A stretch of DNA of 64,000 nt from an uncultured cyanobacterium (GTDB lineage Bacteria; Cyanobacteriota; Cyanobacteriia; Cyanobacteriales; CAWUOF01): assembly GCA_963744145.1 (NCBI GenBank), contig CAVUSO010000001.1:5280001-5344000 (forward strand), read 5' to 3'. The translations under genes were made by a program, and so were the position numbers. Every line of letters begins with the position of its first letter. The first letter of the stretch is position 1. The notes beneath the pieces were generated by a model that had not been told where the DNA came from, did no database searches, and saw only the letters and a list, made by a program, of their open reading frames with translations. Positions 20,402 to 32,471 of the stretch are shown piece after piece.

Positions 20402-22213
20402 TTAGGACTGATCTAACTTTAACACTGCCATAAAAGCTTCTTGAGGTACATCGACAGTGCCGATCGCTTTCATCCGTTTTTTACCTTTAGCTTGCTTTTG
20501 GAGTAACTTTTTCTTCCGACTAATATCACCACCATAGCATTTAGCCAGAACATCTTTCCGAATCGCGGGGATATGTTCACTCGCGATAATCCGACTACCG
20601 ATCGAAGCTTGAAGAGGTACTTTAAATTGGTGACGTGGAATTAGCTCTTTGAGTTTTTCTACCAATCCTTTACCAACTCCATAAGCTTTATCCCGATGGA
20701 CAATCATCGCGAGGGCATCAACTGGGTCATTGTTAATCAAAATATCTAACTTGACCAACGGGTTAGCACGATAACCAATCAGATGATACTCCATGCTGGC
20801 ATAACCCCGGGAACGAGACTTCATTTGATCAAAAAAGTCAGTCACTACTTCCGCTAGGGGTAACTCATAAATTAAAGTTGTGCGACCTTGGGTGAGATAT
20901 TTCATATCCTTAAACACACCCCGTCGATTTTGACTCAGTTCCATCAGAGCCCCGACATAAGTTTCCGGGGTAATCATTTCGACTTGAACATAAGGTTCTT
21001 CAATTTCTTCACGCACATGAGGGTCAGGTAAATGACTAGGGTTATCAATATCCATGACTTCCCCAGTGGTAGTAGTCACACGATAGACCACCGAAGGTGC
21101 AGTGACAATTAAATCGAGGTTATATTCACGTTCTAAACGTTCTTGGACAATTTCCATATGGAGCAAACCCAAGAAACCACATCGGAACCCAAATCCCATC
21201 GCGCTAGATGTTTCTGGTTCATAGTGTAAAGCAGCATCATTCAGCTTTAATTTTTCTAGAGCTTCCCGTAATTCGGCAAACTGGTCAGCATCAGTGGGAA
21301 ATAACCCACAGAACACCATTGGTTTAGCTTGAGTATAACCGGGTAAAGGTGCAGTCGCAGGTTTTTTAACTAGAGTAATGGTGTCACCTACCCGAGCATC
21401 TTCCACCGTTTTAATCGCAGCAGCAATATAACCTACTTCACCAGCATGGAGTTCATTTACTTGGACTTGAGTTGGGGAGAGTACACCAAGTTCATCAATT
21501 TCATATTCTTTACCACTTGCCATTAACAAGATGCGATCGCCTTTTTTAACCGTCCCATCCATGACTCGAAAATAGACAATCACACCCCGATAGATATCAT
21601 AATAACTATCAAAAATTAAAGCCCGTAATGGTTCACCTACCGTATCGCTGGGAGCAGGGACTAAATGCACAATTGATTCGAGGATTTCATCAATCCCGAT
21701 CCCTTCCTTCGCGGACGCTAGAATCGCCCCAGAACAGTCAAGACCAATAATCTCTTCAATTTCACCACGAACCCTTTCTGGTTCAGCTCCAGGTAAATCA
21801 ATCTTATTTAAAACCGGAATAATTTCCAGATTATTTTCTAGAGCGAGATAGACATTGGCCAAAGTTTGGGCTTCCACACCTTGGGAAGCATCGACCACTA
21901 ACAGAGCACCTTCACAAGCAGCCAGACTGCGAGATACTTCATAGGAAAAATCGACGTGACCAGGAGTATCGATCAAATTCAAGACATATTCCTGACCATC
22001 GCGAGCTTGATAATTCATTCTAGCTGCTTGTAGTTTAATCGTAATGCCGCGTTCCCGTTCTAGGTCCATATTGTCGAGGAACTGCTCCTTCATCTGTCTC
22101 GCTTCCACCGTACCTGTCGCTTGCAGCAGACGATCTGCCAGGGTCGATTTGCCGTGGTCGATGTGGGCAATAATAGAAAAATTACGAATCCGAGAAACGG
22201 GCGCGTCAGTCAT
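20402..22213 (-). CDS. lepA: Translation elongation factor 4 (LepA)
   Basis: [41 protein letters not shown]. Confidence 0.98.
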   Translation of the reverse strand: MTDAPVSRIRNFSIIAHIDHGKSTLADRLLQATGTVEARQMKEQFLDNMDLERERGITIKLQAARMNYQARDGQEYVLNLIDTPGHVDFSYEVSRSLAACEGALLVVDASQGVEAQTLANVYLALENNLEIIPVLNKIDLPGAEPERVRGEIEEIIGLDCSGAILASAKEGIGIDEILESIVHLVPAPSDTVGEPLRALIFDSYYDIYRGVIVYFRVMDGTVKKGDRILLMASGKEYEIDELGVLSPTQVQVNELHAGEVGYIAAAIKTVEDARVGDTITLVKKPATAPLPGYTQAKPMVFCGLFPTDADQFAELREALEKLKLNDAALHYEPETSSAMGFGFRCGFLGLLHMEIVQERLEREYNLDLIVTAPSVVYRVTTTTGEVMDIDNPSHLPDPHVREEIEEPYVQVEMITPETYVGALMELSQNRRGVFKDMKYLTQGRTTLIYELPLAEVVTDFFDQMKSRSRGYASMEYHLIGYRANPLVKLDILINNDPVDALAMIVHRDKAYGVGKGLVEKLKELIPRHQFKVPLQASIGSRIIASEHIPAIRKDVLAKCYGGDISRKKKLLQKQAKGKKRMKAIGTVDVPQEAFMAVLKLDQS

Positions 22214-22587
22214 AAAAAACACACAGTAAATAGGAAACTCAGTTCTTTAGAGCCAAGAGGTAAACGACCCGGGTGGTTTTAACCACCTACCCAGTATTTA
22301 CTACGAAACGGCGAATTTTCGCTTGCTTAATATATTTTAATCCTAAATGACCTGCTAAAACTGTTGTTGCCCTATATTTAGGAATAGTGGTTAATGTTTA
22401 TAGCAGCCATTAATCTAGTCTTGGGTGGGAGAGCATCGTACAATGGGAGTTGAGGAGATCAAGAATGGTGAAAACCCCTTAATCTGTAAGCTGGGAGTGA
22501 AAAACGATCAATCACAGCTAGTCCATCTCAACCCAAAATCTCAGTCCTTCTACTGTCGCGTGTAAGTCCACAGGATTTTTTTTGTTT

Positions 22588-22818
22588 ATGAATGATCAAA
22601 CTATTCCTTCCCATCATCCTTCAGAAAAGGTAGAACTCTCTATCCACCTTGATTCTGACTTATTAGACGAAATCAAGCACTTAACCAATAACCCCAGTAA
22701 AGTAATTGAAACAGCCCTGCGACAGTGGCTGAGAGGGGCTAATTATCGTGATGATGAACTGACTCGCAGTCTAACGCGCAATCCACCAGTACCTCCTTTA
22801 GGTGAATGGAATGATTAG
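22588..22818 (+). CDS. Small ribbon-helix-helix-like protein (CcdA-like fold)
   Basis: KVELSIHLDSDLLDEIKHL..NPSKVIETALRQWL fits a beta-alpha-alpha pattern. Confidence 0.6.
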   Translation: MNDQTIPSHHPSEKVELSIHLDSDLLDEIKHLTNNPSKVIETALRQWLRGANYRDDELTRSLTRNPPVPPLGEWND

Positions 22819-22953
22819 GACTGGATCAATGAGTCAGCCATCAAGATTTGTTAACAAATAGCAGATGTGTGGGTCGTGGGTTGATTCAACAATTCATTTA
22901 GGGCTCGAACCATCTAGGTTTTATCTACTCTTGTTTCCACCCTCACAGTTTTC

Positions 22954-24810
22954 ATGGCTAGTCAGATGAGTTCTTGCAGCGATTTCCAATTTCCTGGTTC
23001 TAAGTCATCAGATTTAGAACCAGATTTAGATAAGAAAAATCCGGCTTTCTTATCAGAATTAGGAGCCCAGTTAGCTTTTATCCAAGACGCTACGGGCAAA
23101 TACTTGTCATTTTATTGGCAAGAAGCAGAACTATACAATATTTCATCCGTCCAAGTAGTCGATCGCTGGATGGGCGATATTTTTGGCCCTTCAGTGGTGG
23201 CTCCTTATTTAGAGCGGGTGCGACAAATTTTGGAAACCCTGATTCCAGAAAGGTTTAGTTATCTGTTTAAATCGACGGAACATTATTTTCTGTTTGATCT
23301 GATTATTAGTCCGATTCTGACTTTCGAGTCCAGACCCACTCAAGTGTTGGTAATGGGATGTCTCCTAGAACATAGCTCGCGGGAATTAGTCAATCCAGAA
23401 CATCAAGATTTTACAGAACACTTAAATATTCGCCAAAAACTGCTGTATAAAGTTATCTCAACAATCCGTAAAACTCTACCCCCTAGTTCGGAGCTTTACC
23501 AAAAACTGCAAAGCCAAATTGCCAGAAATATTCGTCGGACTCTAGATTTAGAAACGATTTGGCAGCAAACAGTTAATGGGTTAGGTCAAGCTCTCCGAGT
23601 CAGTCGTTGTTTGATTTGTCCTTATCAACCGGCTAAACTAGAAAGTTCATCAGCACCAGTATTAGAAATAGTAGCTGAATACCATGTTGCTGAGGTATCG
23701 ACTGTATTAGGACAAACGATTCGACTGACAGAAGAACCTTATTTAACTCAGGCACTAGAAACAACTGAACCGATCATAGTTGAGCAAATGCCAGTTAATC
23801 CCTGGAATTGTAATTCACTAATGGCGGTGATCACTTGCTATCAAGAAAAACCCAATGGGTTGATTATTTTACATCAGTGCAGCATCAGCGATCGCCCCTG
23901 GAGTCGAGTCGAGATTGAATTTGTGCGGGAAATTGCTGATCAAGTGGGAACGGCGATCGCTCATGCTACTCTCTATAAAGAATTAGAGGATGCTCGTCAA
24001 CAAGCGGAAGCAGCATCGCGTCTGAAAAGTGAATTTCTCGCGAATACTTCCCATGAGCTACGCACTCCTCTAAACGGAATGATTGGTTTTCTCAAATTAA
24101 TCATTGATGGAATGGCTGATGATCCTGATGAACAAAAAGAATTTATTGAGGAAGCATACCGTTCGGCTCTACATTTGTTGAACCTGATCAATGATGTCTT
24201 AGACATTGCCAAAATTGAAGCTGGCAAAATGCAGCTTGATTTGAGTCCGGTGAAACTCAATGAACTCCTAGTTGATGTGGAAGATTTGACCCGGGCTCAA
24301 GTTCATCAAAAACGCTTAAATTTTAAAGTTGTCAAACCTGCTACTTATGACGAAATTATCCTCTATGGTAACTACCAGCGTCTGCTTCAAGTGCTGTTAA
24401 ATCTAGTTGGTAATTCGATTAAGTTTACCCATGAAGGTGGAGTTACCATTAGTGCAGAGATCATGAAAAAGAAAGTAGTAGTTCACAATGAGGAACTTCC
24501 TGGGATGGTAAAAGTCCGAGTCGCTGATACAGGGATTGGGGTTTCTCTCGATAAACAAGATAAATTGTTTCAATCCTTTTCTCAAGTAGATGGTTCCCGC
24601 ACTCGTCAATATGGAGGGACTGGATTAGGATTAGCTATTTCCCAAAGATTGGTAGAAGCAATGGGTGGAATTGTCAACTTTTTTAGTATGGGAGAGGGAT
24701 TAGGATCAACTGTTACTTTTACGATCCCCTTGTATCAAAATCCAGTAATGATTTTATCTTCAGCTAATGGAGAAGCAAACAATAAAAGTGATTTAGATGA
24801 CGTGAATTAA
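22954..24810 (+). CDS. GAF-domain sensor histidine kinase
   Basis: PAS-like N-terminus; GAF (IRRTLDLETIWQQTV...QVGTAIAHA); H-box FLANTSHELRTPL; HATPase NLVGNSIKFT, DTGIG, GGTGLGL. Confidence 0.93.
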   Translation: MASQMSSCSDFQFPGSKSSDLEPDLDKKNPAFLSELGAQLAFIQDATGKYLSFYWQEAELYNISSVQVVDRWMGDIFGPSVVAPYLERVRQILETLIPERFSYLFKSTEHYFLFDLIISPILTFESRPTQVLVMGCLLEHSSRELVNPEHQDFTEHLNIRQKLLYKVISTIRKTLPPSSELYQKLQSQIARNIRRTLDLETIWQQTVNGLGQALRVSRCLICPYQPAKLESSSAPVLEIVAEYHVAEVSTVLGQTIRLTEEPYLTQALETTEPIIVEQMPVNPWNCNSLMAVITCYQEKPNGLIILHQCSISDRPWSRVEIEFVREIADQVGTAIAHATLYKELEDARQQAEAASRLKSEFLANTSHELRTPLNGMIGFLKLIIDGMADDPDEQKEFIEEAYRSALHLLNLINDVLDIAKIEAGKMQLDLSPVKLNELLVDVEDLTRAQVHQKRLNFKVVKPATYDEIILYGNYQRLLQVLLNLVGNSIKFTHEGGVTISAEIMKKKVVVHNEELPGMVKVRVADTGIGVSLDKQDKLFQSFSQVDGSRTRQYGGTGLGLAISQRLVEAMGGIVNFFSMGEGLGSTVTFTIPLYQNPVMILSSANGEANNKSDLDDVN

Positions 24811-25262
24811 GACAATAGACGTTCTAAGTTGAGATAAAAGCCAGTTTTATCCTCAGCTAAATTAATGAGTTTTTCGATCGCGAGCGGTAATTCATTTCCT
24901 CGATATAATTGAGGGAGATCAATAAATTTGTCTGCTGGAACTTCAATAATTTTTGGCATTTCTACAATAGGAATACCAAGACGTTCACCATTTTTAAGCA
25001 GACTAACAATGAGATAATGATAATCATGAGATTCGGCACTATTTAAAAATATTGCTGATAAATCAATTAGAGTAATTGCACCCCGATTTTGGACTAAACT
25101 ATGACCATTTTTGAGAGTAGCATGGGGAGTAAATTCTTTCAAAATGTACTGAACTTGGGCAATGGCGATCGCATATTGTTCTCCACTAAGCTGGAAAAAA
25201 ATTAGTTTTCGCATCTGAGTTCGAGTATAATTTTGACGTTGATTATAAAAGCGACGATTCAT
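24807..25262 (-). CDS. CheW-like coupling protein
   Basis: LIFFQLSGEQYAIAIAQVQYI, ITLIDL, LGIPIVEMP; last gene of the che cluster. Confidence 0.75.
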   Translation of the reverse strand: MNRRFYNQRQNYTRTQMRKLIFFQLSGEQYAIAIAQVQYILKEFTPHATLKNGHSLVQNRGAITLIDLSAIFLNSAESHDYHYLIVSLLKNGERLGIPIVEMPKIIEVPADKFIDLPQLYRGNELPLAIEKLINLAEDKTGFYLNLERLLS

Positions 25263-25268
25263 AAATTT

Positions 25269-28107
25269 TTACTTATTCAAAATGCTAGCGATCGCTGCCA
25301 ATAATTGCTCTTCACTATAAGGTTTAGTAAAATAGTGAATTGCACCTAATTCTAGCGCCATTTGTCGATGTTTTAAACCGCTGCGGGAAGTTAAGATAGC
25401 GACCAAAATATGTGCAAATTGAGGGATAGATTTGAGTCGTCGTAAAAATTCAAAGCCATCCATCCGGGGCATTTCAATATCCACGATCGCCAAATTACAA
25501 TCTAACCCATTTTCTAATTTTTCGAGAGCATCTTGTCCATCTTTAGCTTGGACAACCCGGTAGTGAGCGCGAGTTAAAGTTAAAGATAATAACTGACGAA
25601 TAGTATAAGAATCATCGACAATTAAAATTTGCGGTTGGGTCGCAGAAGTATGCTCTAATTTTAAAGCACTTTTTTCCATTATTTGCGCGGCTGTGCTGTG
25701 GTGAGGTTGGAATTCTCCCACTAAATCATCAACATCGAGAATGGTCACGACTCGACCATTCCCTAAAATGGTGCAACCAACTACACCACGGGGTTTAGAT
25801 AAGGGAGGAGGTAAAGGTTTAATCACAATTTCTTGTTGACCAACTAGTCGTTCTACCGCAGTAGCTAAAATACCTTCTGTCGAAGCTAAAACCAATACTG
25901 GGATATAATCTTGAGTCAGGGGATCAGGGGATGGTCCGATCAGGATGGGGAATACTATAATGCAGTAAATTTTGCAAAGGTACTAAACGAATAAATTCAT
26001 CACGCCAACGTAACATAGGTTGATTACCAGCCATCTGGATTTGTTCTGCACGAAGATGTAAAATCTCCTCGACTGCATCTAAGGGAACGGCGATAATATT
26101 ACGATCTACCCTCACCATTAATGCCTCTGTAATTGATAGCATTAAAGGTAATTTGAGAATAAAACTGGTGCCTTTTCCCGGACGAGAATCAACTTTTACC
26201 TGTCCCCGAACTTGACGCAAATTATTCCGGACCACATCAAGACCGACACCACGTCCAGATAGGTCTGTGGTTTCCGTATTAGTGCTAAATCCTGACCAAA
26301 ATAGAAATTCATATAAGTCAGCGATCGCTAATTCTTTAGCTTGTTCAGTAGTTGCAAAACCTTTAGTTACGATCGCTGTCCGAATTGCTTCTGGATCAAT
26401 TCCTTTCCCATCATCACTCACCGTAATAATTGTTTGTCCACCTTGATGTCGAGCTTGAATTTCAATCGTACCAGTTGGTGATTTCCCGACAGCTTTTCGT
26501 ACTTCTGGAGGTTCAATTCCATGGTCAAAAGCATTACGAACTAAATGAACTAGAGGATCGCGCAGTGCATTAATTAGACTTTCATCAATTTTGGTATCTC
26601 GTCCTAGCAAAACTAGATTTACTTCTTTATTATAGGTAACACTTAATTGTCGTAAAGCACGAGGTAAGTGATCGACAGCACGACCAAAATTGACTACCCG
26701 TAATTGCATCACCCGCGATCGCAATTGTTCTGTAATCCGACGGAGTTGAATTGTCCCTACTTCAATTTGGAGCGCGACTTCATCAATCTTACCTGCGGAT
26801 TGAGCGATCGCATGAGAAAGCTCAATTACTTCTCCAGCACTAGCGTGAAATTCTGTATATTGATCCAATTCTAGCGGATCAAAATTAGGGAAAGATCGAG
26901 ATTTTTTTGGTTTAAATTCTCCTTCCCCATCCAGTTCTAAATTACCAATACTTAACCGATCATACTCATCCCGCAAAATACTATCAAATTGCTTTAATTC
27001 TCCCAGATGTCGTCGCATCCGTTTCACTTCAATCCGCAATTGGTTTTCTTGGAGTTCCAAATTTGTCCGATTAATCACTAATTCTCCTACTAAATTGATT
27101 AAATCCGTCAGACGCTCTAAATCTACTCGAATTGTCGGACGATAAGTTTGATTTGGAGTCGGAATCGAATCACTAGATGGAGAGATCATCTCAGTTGCAA
27201 TTGGGGAATCTGGTGCTAATGGATCAGAGACTGTACTAGTTAGCTCCAGTGGATTTATTTCTTCAGCAGAACTGTTCGTGATTGGTGGGACAGTAATTGA
27301 TAATCCAGCGATCACTTGAGTCCGAGCTATTTGTAAATTTTCAACTATCTGAGTTCCAGTTAATTGGAGTGTTTTCACATCTAGGTCAGGAGTATTAACT
27401 AATTCTTTTAAGCTGGTAGCGATTGTAGCTAATTCAGGTAAATGTAACATTCCAGCTACCCCGGAAAGCTGATAACAAATTTGATTTAATGTCGTAATAG
27501 TTTCAGCAAGTGTAGCTGAGGTTGCTTGGGCAAATGCTGTTTCTAACTGTTGGAAAACAGGTGGTAACTCTTGGTCAAATATTAACTTAATCAGATCGAG
27601 ATTAGGTGGGGAAGCTCCTGGTATAGTCGGTAATATTTCTGGGTTACCATACTGAATTTCTAGTTGCTTTTTAATTGCACAAACTCCATTTAAACAAGCA
27701 TGAGAAGTTAATTGTTGTGAGTTAGATAATCTGGTATATCCATCATGACTACCTCCTAATTCTTTATTTTTTACTTCTAGATCTACAACAGCTTTTAGTA
27801 GATTTAGCCCTTCCAGTAAAGCTGTAATTATCTCTGGCTTTAAATCAGAAAGATCCACCTGATCTCTTAAAATTGCAAAGCTATCTTCTAAACAATGAGC
27901 AACTTGAGACAGCTCATTCATTTCAAACATCAATGCTGATCCTTTAATTGAATGCGCTGCGCGGAACATTTCTTTGACTAATTGCAATCGAGATTGACTG
28001 GTAAGACTAGTTTCCATAGCCAAGAGATTCGTCTCTAAAACCTGAATAAAATCATGAGTTTCAGCCACAAAGACACCAATCAATTCATGTAAATCATCAG
28101 CATTCAT
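25269..28107 (-). pseudogene. cheA: Hybrid CheA (Hpt-dimerisation-HATPase-CheW-REC) split by a +1 frameshift near 25935
   Basis: FRAAHSIKGSA Hpt, TIRVDLERL, HLVRNAFDHGIE, SGRGVGLDVV. After PHPDR the shifted frame continues PSPDPLTQDYIPVLVLASTEG into ORF 25269-25895, which carries the CheW end and REC (LIVDDS, DIEMPRMDG). Could be a sequencing error. Confidence 0.85.
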
Positions 28108-28135
28108 ATTCTTTATTTAGACAGAACTTATGTTT

Positions 28136-30667
28136 CTAACTACGAAAATTAGCGACCGAGCTTTGTAATTTATTCACCGCGACACTTAAACCATCTAAAG
28201 AAGTAGTTACTTCTTCAGCTTTTTGAGCTGTCGTAATCGAAATCGAGCTGACCTGCTGGACAGCTAGGGATATTTCATCAGCAGATACCGCTTGTTTTTC
28301 AGCAGTACGGGTAATATTTTGCACTAACCCATTAATCTCGCGACTAACTTCAATAATTGCAATCAGATGAGTTTTTGCTTCAGCAGATAGCTTAGTTCCT
28401 TTTACCACCTCCTGAGTACCATCTTCCATTGCTCGCATCACACGACTAATTTCCTCTTGAATTGTACTAACAATTTCCGAAATATCTTCTGTAGCTGCAG
28501 CACTACGTTCTGCTAATTTGCGGACTTCTTCTGCAACTACAGCAAACCCTAAACCCTGTTCCCCAGCTCGAGCTGCTTCAATAGTTGCATTGAGAGCTAG
28601 TAAATTAGTTTGAGAAGCAATTTGGGAAATAGAAGTGACAATTTTGCCAATTTGCTGGGAAGACTCACCCAGACGTTTCATCATTTTAGATGTATCAGCA
28701 ATTGTTTGTCGCAATTCAGCAATTCCTTCTACAGCCCGATCTACTGCTGCTCCACCAATTTCCGCAGTTTTTGCTTGAGTTTCTGCAACTTTTTCAGCTC
28801 GTTGAGCAACTTCAGAAACATCTTTAATCGAGTTAACTATGCGTTTAACTTGCAACATTGTCCGCTCAATTTGCTGCGCTTGTGAGCGAGCTTGGATCGT
28901 TAAATCATTGGTATTCGCGATCGATTCTCCGGTCGCATTAGTTACTTGGGTAGCTAAATCTTGAATTCCATTGACTACCTTGCGTAAAGAACCAATTAGA
29001 AAATTAAAAGAATCAGCTACAGCACCTAAACTATCTTTAGTTACATGAGCTTTAACGGTTAAGTCTCCTTTAGCAGCTCCTTTAATTTCTGCCAATAGTT
29101 TGGCTACTTGTTGGGTGAGAGCATCGGTTTCTTCCTGACGTTCTTTTGCTGTATTTGCTAATCTTTCTTCTACTTTTTTTCTTTCGGTAATATCAAACCG
29201 AATCGCAATATATTTGCTAACTTTTCCCGTGGGATCAAAAATTGGAGCGATGGTAGAATCTACCCAATAAAAACTACCATCTTTACGTCGGTTCTTTAGT
29301 TCTCCTTTCCAGACATTTCCGTGAGATATAGTTTTCCATAGCTTGACAAAAAAATCTTTAGGATGATATCCTGAATTCAGAACCCGGTGGTCTTGTCCAA
29401 TCAATTCTTCTGACCGATAACCGGATATTTCCAAGAGTTTGTCGTTGGCAAAAGTAATGATCCCACTCAGGTTAGATTCGCTGACGATCGCAGCTTCATC
29501 TAAAGCACTTTGGCGATTTTTTAGCTCTTGCAATAACTGGGATTGGCTATCTGCAAGTTGTTTTAATTGTTCGGCTGCTTTTTTTTGTTCAGTAATATCG
29601 TGAGCAACTGCATAAATTGATTTTTGTTCTAAATACGCAACAGCACTCCAGGAAAACCAACGTTCAGCACCGCTTTTGCTCAAATAGCGATTTTCAAAAG
29701 AAATTGTTATTCCCCCTTGACCCAGTTTATCAACTTCTTTGATGGTATTTTCTCGATCATCTGGGTGAATAAATTCTAGAAAAGGTTTAGCTAATAATTC
29801 TGCTTCTGAATAACCTAAAACTTGAGTCCAGGAGGGATTGAGTCGTTTTAAATATCCGTCAAAATCTGCTATACATAGTAAATCCAAGGAAAGAGTAAAA
29901 AAGCGATCGCGTTCCATTTCGGCTAATTTCCGAGCAGTAATATCTAATCCCATTTCTACCACTAACATTTCACCGTTCCGCTCATAAATGGGGTAGTTAT
30001 AGATATCATAGGTTCTACCAACATGATCAGACCATTCCCAATTTTGTGGTGTTTGGGTGGTAAATACTCGTCTAGTTGGACGATCTTTTTCTAGCTGATC
30101 AGATTTAGCGATCGCTATGGCGATCGTTGGATTTTCCGATTCTCCAAATTTATCTCGAAAGAGTTGATTAGTAAATTTCAGATCAGCGTCTTTTCCTTGG
30201 ACATATAAAAATGCCGGGATTCCTTCTAAAATAGCGATCAATCGTTGTCGTTCATGTGCTAGGGTTTCTAGTGCTAATTTAACCGTATCTAGCTCTTGGG
30301 TTAATTTGGCTGAATCCTCACTGAGTTTATTTGTTCTCATGGGAGAAATATAATTAGTTGCCCAGACCAGACAGCCAATAATTGGTAAAATGTTAAAGCT
30401 ATCGAAAAAGGAGCTGAACAGGATATCTCCGTGGAAAGCTAAAACCAAACGACTCAGAGCAGTCGAACCAAAAAAGGCAGTGATCAGCAAAGATGTAGTA
30501 AGATTGGTTTTATCTGGCCAATGCCTAAATTGTTTGAATAAGATCAGGATTGATAGGAGTAAACTTAACATCCCATTGATTAAATTTACTTGTGTATCGA
30601 ACCATTGCAACTGAATTTCGGTAAGTGTGAATGTATAAATTTCGGCTAACCAGTAACTTAATTCCAT
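28136..30667 (-). CDS. Methyl-accepting chemotaxis protein with N-terminal TM region, PAS domains and HAMP
   Basis: PAS motifs ([30 protein letters not shown]), [38 protein letters not shown]. Confidence 0.95.
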   Translation of the reverse strand: MELSYWLAEIYTFTLTEIQLQWFDTQVNLINGMLSLLLSILILFKQFRHWPDKTNLTTSLLITAFFGSTALSRLVLAFHGDILFSSFFDSFNILPIIGCLVWATNYISPMRTNKLSEDSAKLTQELDTVKLALETLAHERQRLIAILEGIPAFLYVQGKDADLKFTNQLFRDKFGESENPTIAIAIAKSDQLEKDRPTRRVFTTQTPQNWEWSDHVGRTYDIYNYPIYERNGEMLVVEMGLDITARKLAEMERDRFFTLSLDLLCIADFDGYLKRLNPSWTQVLGYSEAELLAKPFLEFIHPDDRENTIKEVDKLGQGGITISFENRYLSKSGAERWFSWSAVAYLEQKSIYAVAHDITEQKKAAEQLKQLADSQSQLLQELKNRQSALDEAAIVSESNLSGIITFANDKLLEISGYRSEELIGQDHRVLNSGYHPKDFFVKLWKTISHGNVWKGELKNRRKDGSFYWVDSTIAPIFDPTGKVSKYIAIRFDITERKKVEERLANTAKERQEETDALTQQVAKLLAEIKGAAKGDLTVKAHVTKDSLGAVADSFNFLIGSLRKVVNGIQDLATQVTNATGESIANTNDLTIQARSQAQQIERTMLQVKRIVNSIKDVSEVAQRAEKVAETQAKTAEIGGAAVDRAVEGIAELRQTIADTSKMMKRLGESSQQIGKIVTSISQIASQTNLLALNATIEAARAGEQGLGFAVVAEEVRKLAERSAAATEDISEIVSTIQEEISRVMRAMEDGTQEVVKGTKLSAEAKTHLIAIIEVSREINGLVQNITRTAEKQAVSADEISLAVQQVSSISITTAQKAEEVTTSLDGLSVAVNKLQSSVANFRS

Positions 30668-30693
30668 ATTTCACCTAAGTCTAAAAATGTTTT

Positions 30694-31203
30694 TTACCAG
30701 CGTTCACGGATATGAGTAATCGCTTCTATATCGATAATCATTAATAATCTTTCCTGATCATGATAAAGACCTCGCAAAAAAGGGGCGATTTCCGCGCTGA
30801 CTTCTGCTGCTGAACCAATTTGATCGGGATTGAGAGACAAAACACCTTCTACAGATGAAACTGCTAACCCAAGACGGATCAGTGGTAAGGTAACATCTTG
30901 AGGGTGAAGAGCTTCTACCACCAAAATTCGACTTTTGGTAGCATTGCGATCCACGGGAATTCCCCCACTCAAGCGACCAAAATCAACGACAGCTAAAATT
31001 TCTCCCCGTAAGTTGCTTAATCCTAGCAAAAATGGCATGGTATTGGGAATGGGTGTAATTGGCTGTTGACTCAAAAAAAGAACTTCACAGACTGAAGTAA
31101 TTTCGACAGCAAACAAACTACGTTCTTGTCCAAACAGAACAAATTGACGATTTAGTCCTGGATTCGCTGCGGTAGAATTTGCAGAAGCTTTCATAAACAT
31201 CAT
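30694..31203 (-). CDS. cheW: CheW protein
   Basis: ITPIPNTMPFLLGLSNLRGEILAVVDF, LGLAVSSVEGV. Confidence 0.88.
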   Translation of the reverse strand: MMFMKASANSTAANPGLNRQFVLFGQERSLFAVEITSVCEVLFLSQQPITPIPNTMPFLLGLSNLRGEILAVVDFGRLSGGIPVDRNATKSRILVVEALHPQDVTLPLIRLGLAVSSVEGVLSLNPDQIGSAAEVSAEIAPFLRGLYHDQERLLMIIDIEAITHIRERW

Positions 31204-31210
31204 AGCTATT

Positions 31211-31357
31211 GGTGACTGAGTGTAGTCGAAGTCATGGTGACTGAGCCTTGCCCTGAGCCTTGCCCTGAGCGTAGTCGAAGGGGTAGTCGAAGGGAGTCGA
31301 AGTATCTGTGACTTTGACGACCCTCAGTCACCGTTTAGTCTTAACTGAACCGAATTG
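31211..31357. repeat. Nested small dispersed repeats (CTGAGCGTAGTCGAAG family) ending in a MITE-like terminus
   Basis: Iterated (c)ctgagccttgc and gtagtcgaag(gg) units within a ggtgactgag...ctcagtcacc inverted frame, followed by ttaactgaaccgaattg. Confidence 0.7.
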
Positions 31358-31448
31358 AGTCCTGCGCTACTTATTTTTTTTTGTAGCATGATATCACCAA
31401 AAATTGTATGATTGTCACTGAAACACTCGACTATTAACCAGGTAAAAA

Positions 31449-32117
31449 ATGATTCGTTTTTACTTCCATCATACCCCGAACCCCATGAAGGTTGGTTTAT
31501 TCCTAGAAGAATCAGGTTTACCTTACGAGGTTATTTCTGTAGATATTCTTAAGGGTGAACAGCATAATCCAGATTATGAAAAGATTAATCCTAATCGGAA
31601 AGTTCCAGCCATTATAGATGGAGAAAATATAGTTTTTGATTCCAATGCAATTCTGCTTTATTTGGGAGAGAAAACCGGGAAATTTATTGATGCAGATCGG
31701 GCACAGTTGCTTTCATGGCTAATGTTTATTGCGACAGGATTAGGTCCTTATTCTGGACAAGCTGTTCATTTTCAACTTGTTAGTGATCCCATTCCTTATG
31801 CTATTAATCGTTATCGTCGAGAAGTGGAAAGACACTATGGGATTCTCAATGATCGTCTTAGCGATCGCACATTTATTCTAGGAGATAACTATACGATCGT
31901 AGATATGGCAGCTTGGGGATGGATTGATCGTTATCCCCGTGTTTTAGGCGAAAATGCCCTAGATGAGTTTCCCCATTTAAAACGTTGGTATGAAACTGTA
32001 AATGCTCGACCTGCGGTTCAACGAGTTCGGGAGATTGGAAAGGATATTAAATTCAAAACTGATTTTGATGAAGAGACTCGTCGTGCGATGTTTCCCCAAA
32101 ATTATCCCAAAGTTTAA
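31449..32117 (+). CDS. Glutathione S-transferase (YfcG/Ure2-like)
   Basis: TPNPMKV, INPNRKVPAI, FDSNAILLYL, YTIVDMAAWGW. Confidence 0.92.
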   Translation: MIRFYFHHTPNPMKVGLFLEESGLPYEVISVDILKGEQHNPDYEKINPNRKVPAIIDGENIVFDSNAILLYLGEKTGKFIDADRAQLLSWLMFIATGLGPYSGQAVHFQLVSDPIPYAINRYRREVERHYGILNDRLSDRTFILGDNYTIVDMAAWGWIDRYPRVLGENALDEFPHLKRWYETVNARPAVQRVREIGKDIKFKTDFDEETRRAMFPQNYPKV

Positions 32118-32196
32118 TTAAGAGTAAAGGCGATCGCCCCTCATAGCCACCTTTTCCAACCATAATTCCGAAAGTTTTCTTGGCTAGCAGTTCAGT

Positions 32197-32318
32197 AGAC
32201 CTCTTGCAAAAATAAATAGGACAGGCAAGATGCCTGTCCCACAAAAGTGATTTTTTCTGGTGGGACAGGCATCTTGCCTGTCAATAAATAGATCAATAAG
32301 GACTTTTGCAAGAGGTCT
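32197..32318. mobile_element. 122-bp MITE, copy 2 (inverted relative to copy 1)
   Basis: Reverse complement of 2113-2234 with about one mismatch; same TIRs. Confidence 0.85.
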
Positions 32319-32471
32319 AGTTTATTAGAATTGAATTTGAATGGGCGATCGCTATTCTAACTGCTAGTTTGGCCTGATGAGTTGGATAGTTACCACAGTA
32401 TATTTTACCAAAATTTATTGAGGAATCAGCATTTATTGTAAAATTAATCTCTATAAATATTTTAAATATTC

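Noticed and set aside
22954..24810. Naming the kinase cikA or sasA because rpaA is in the window
   Set aside because: It has no C-terminal pseudo-receiver and no KaiB-like N-terminus, and it lies 17 kb from rpaA.
30360..30620. Ethylene-binding domain at the MCP N-terminus
   Set aside because: Three hydrophobic segments are present, but the Cys/His copper ligands of ETR1-type domains are not evident.
32053..32244. 63-aa minus-strand ORF MWDRHLACP...
   Set aside because: Arises from translating the MITE/REP sequence.
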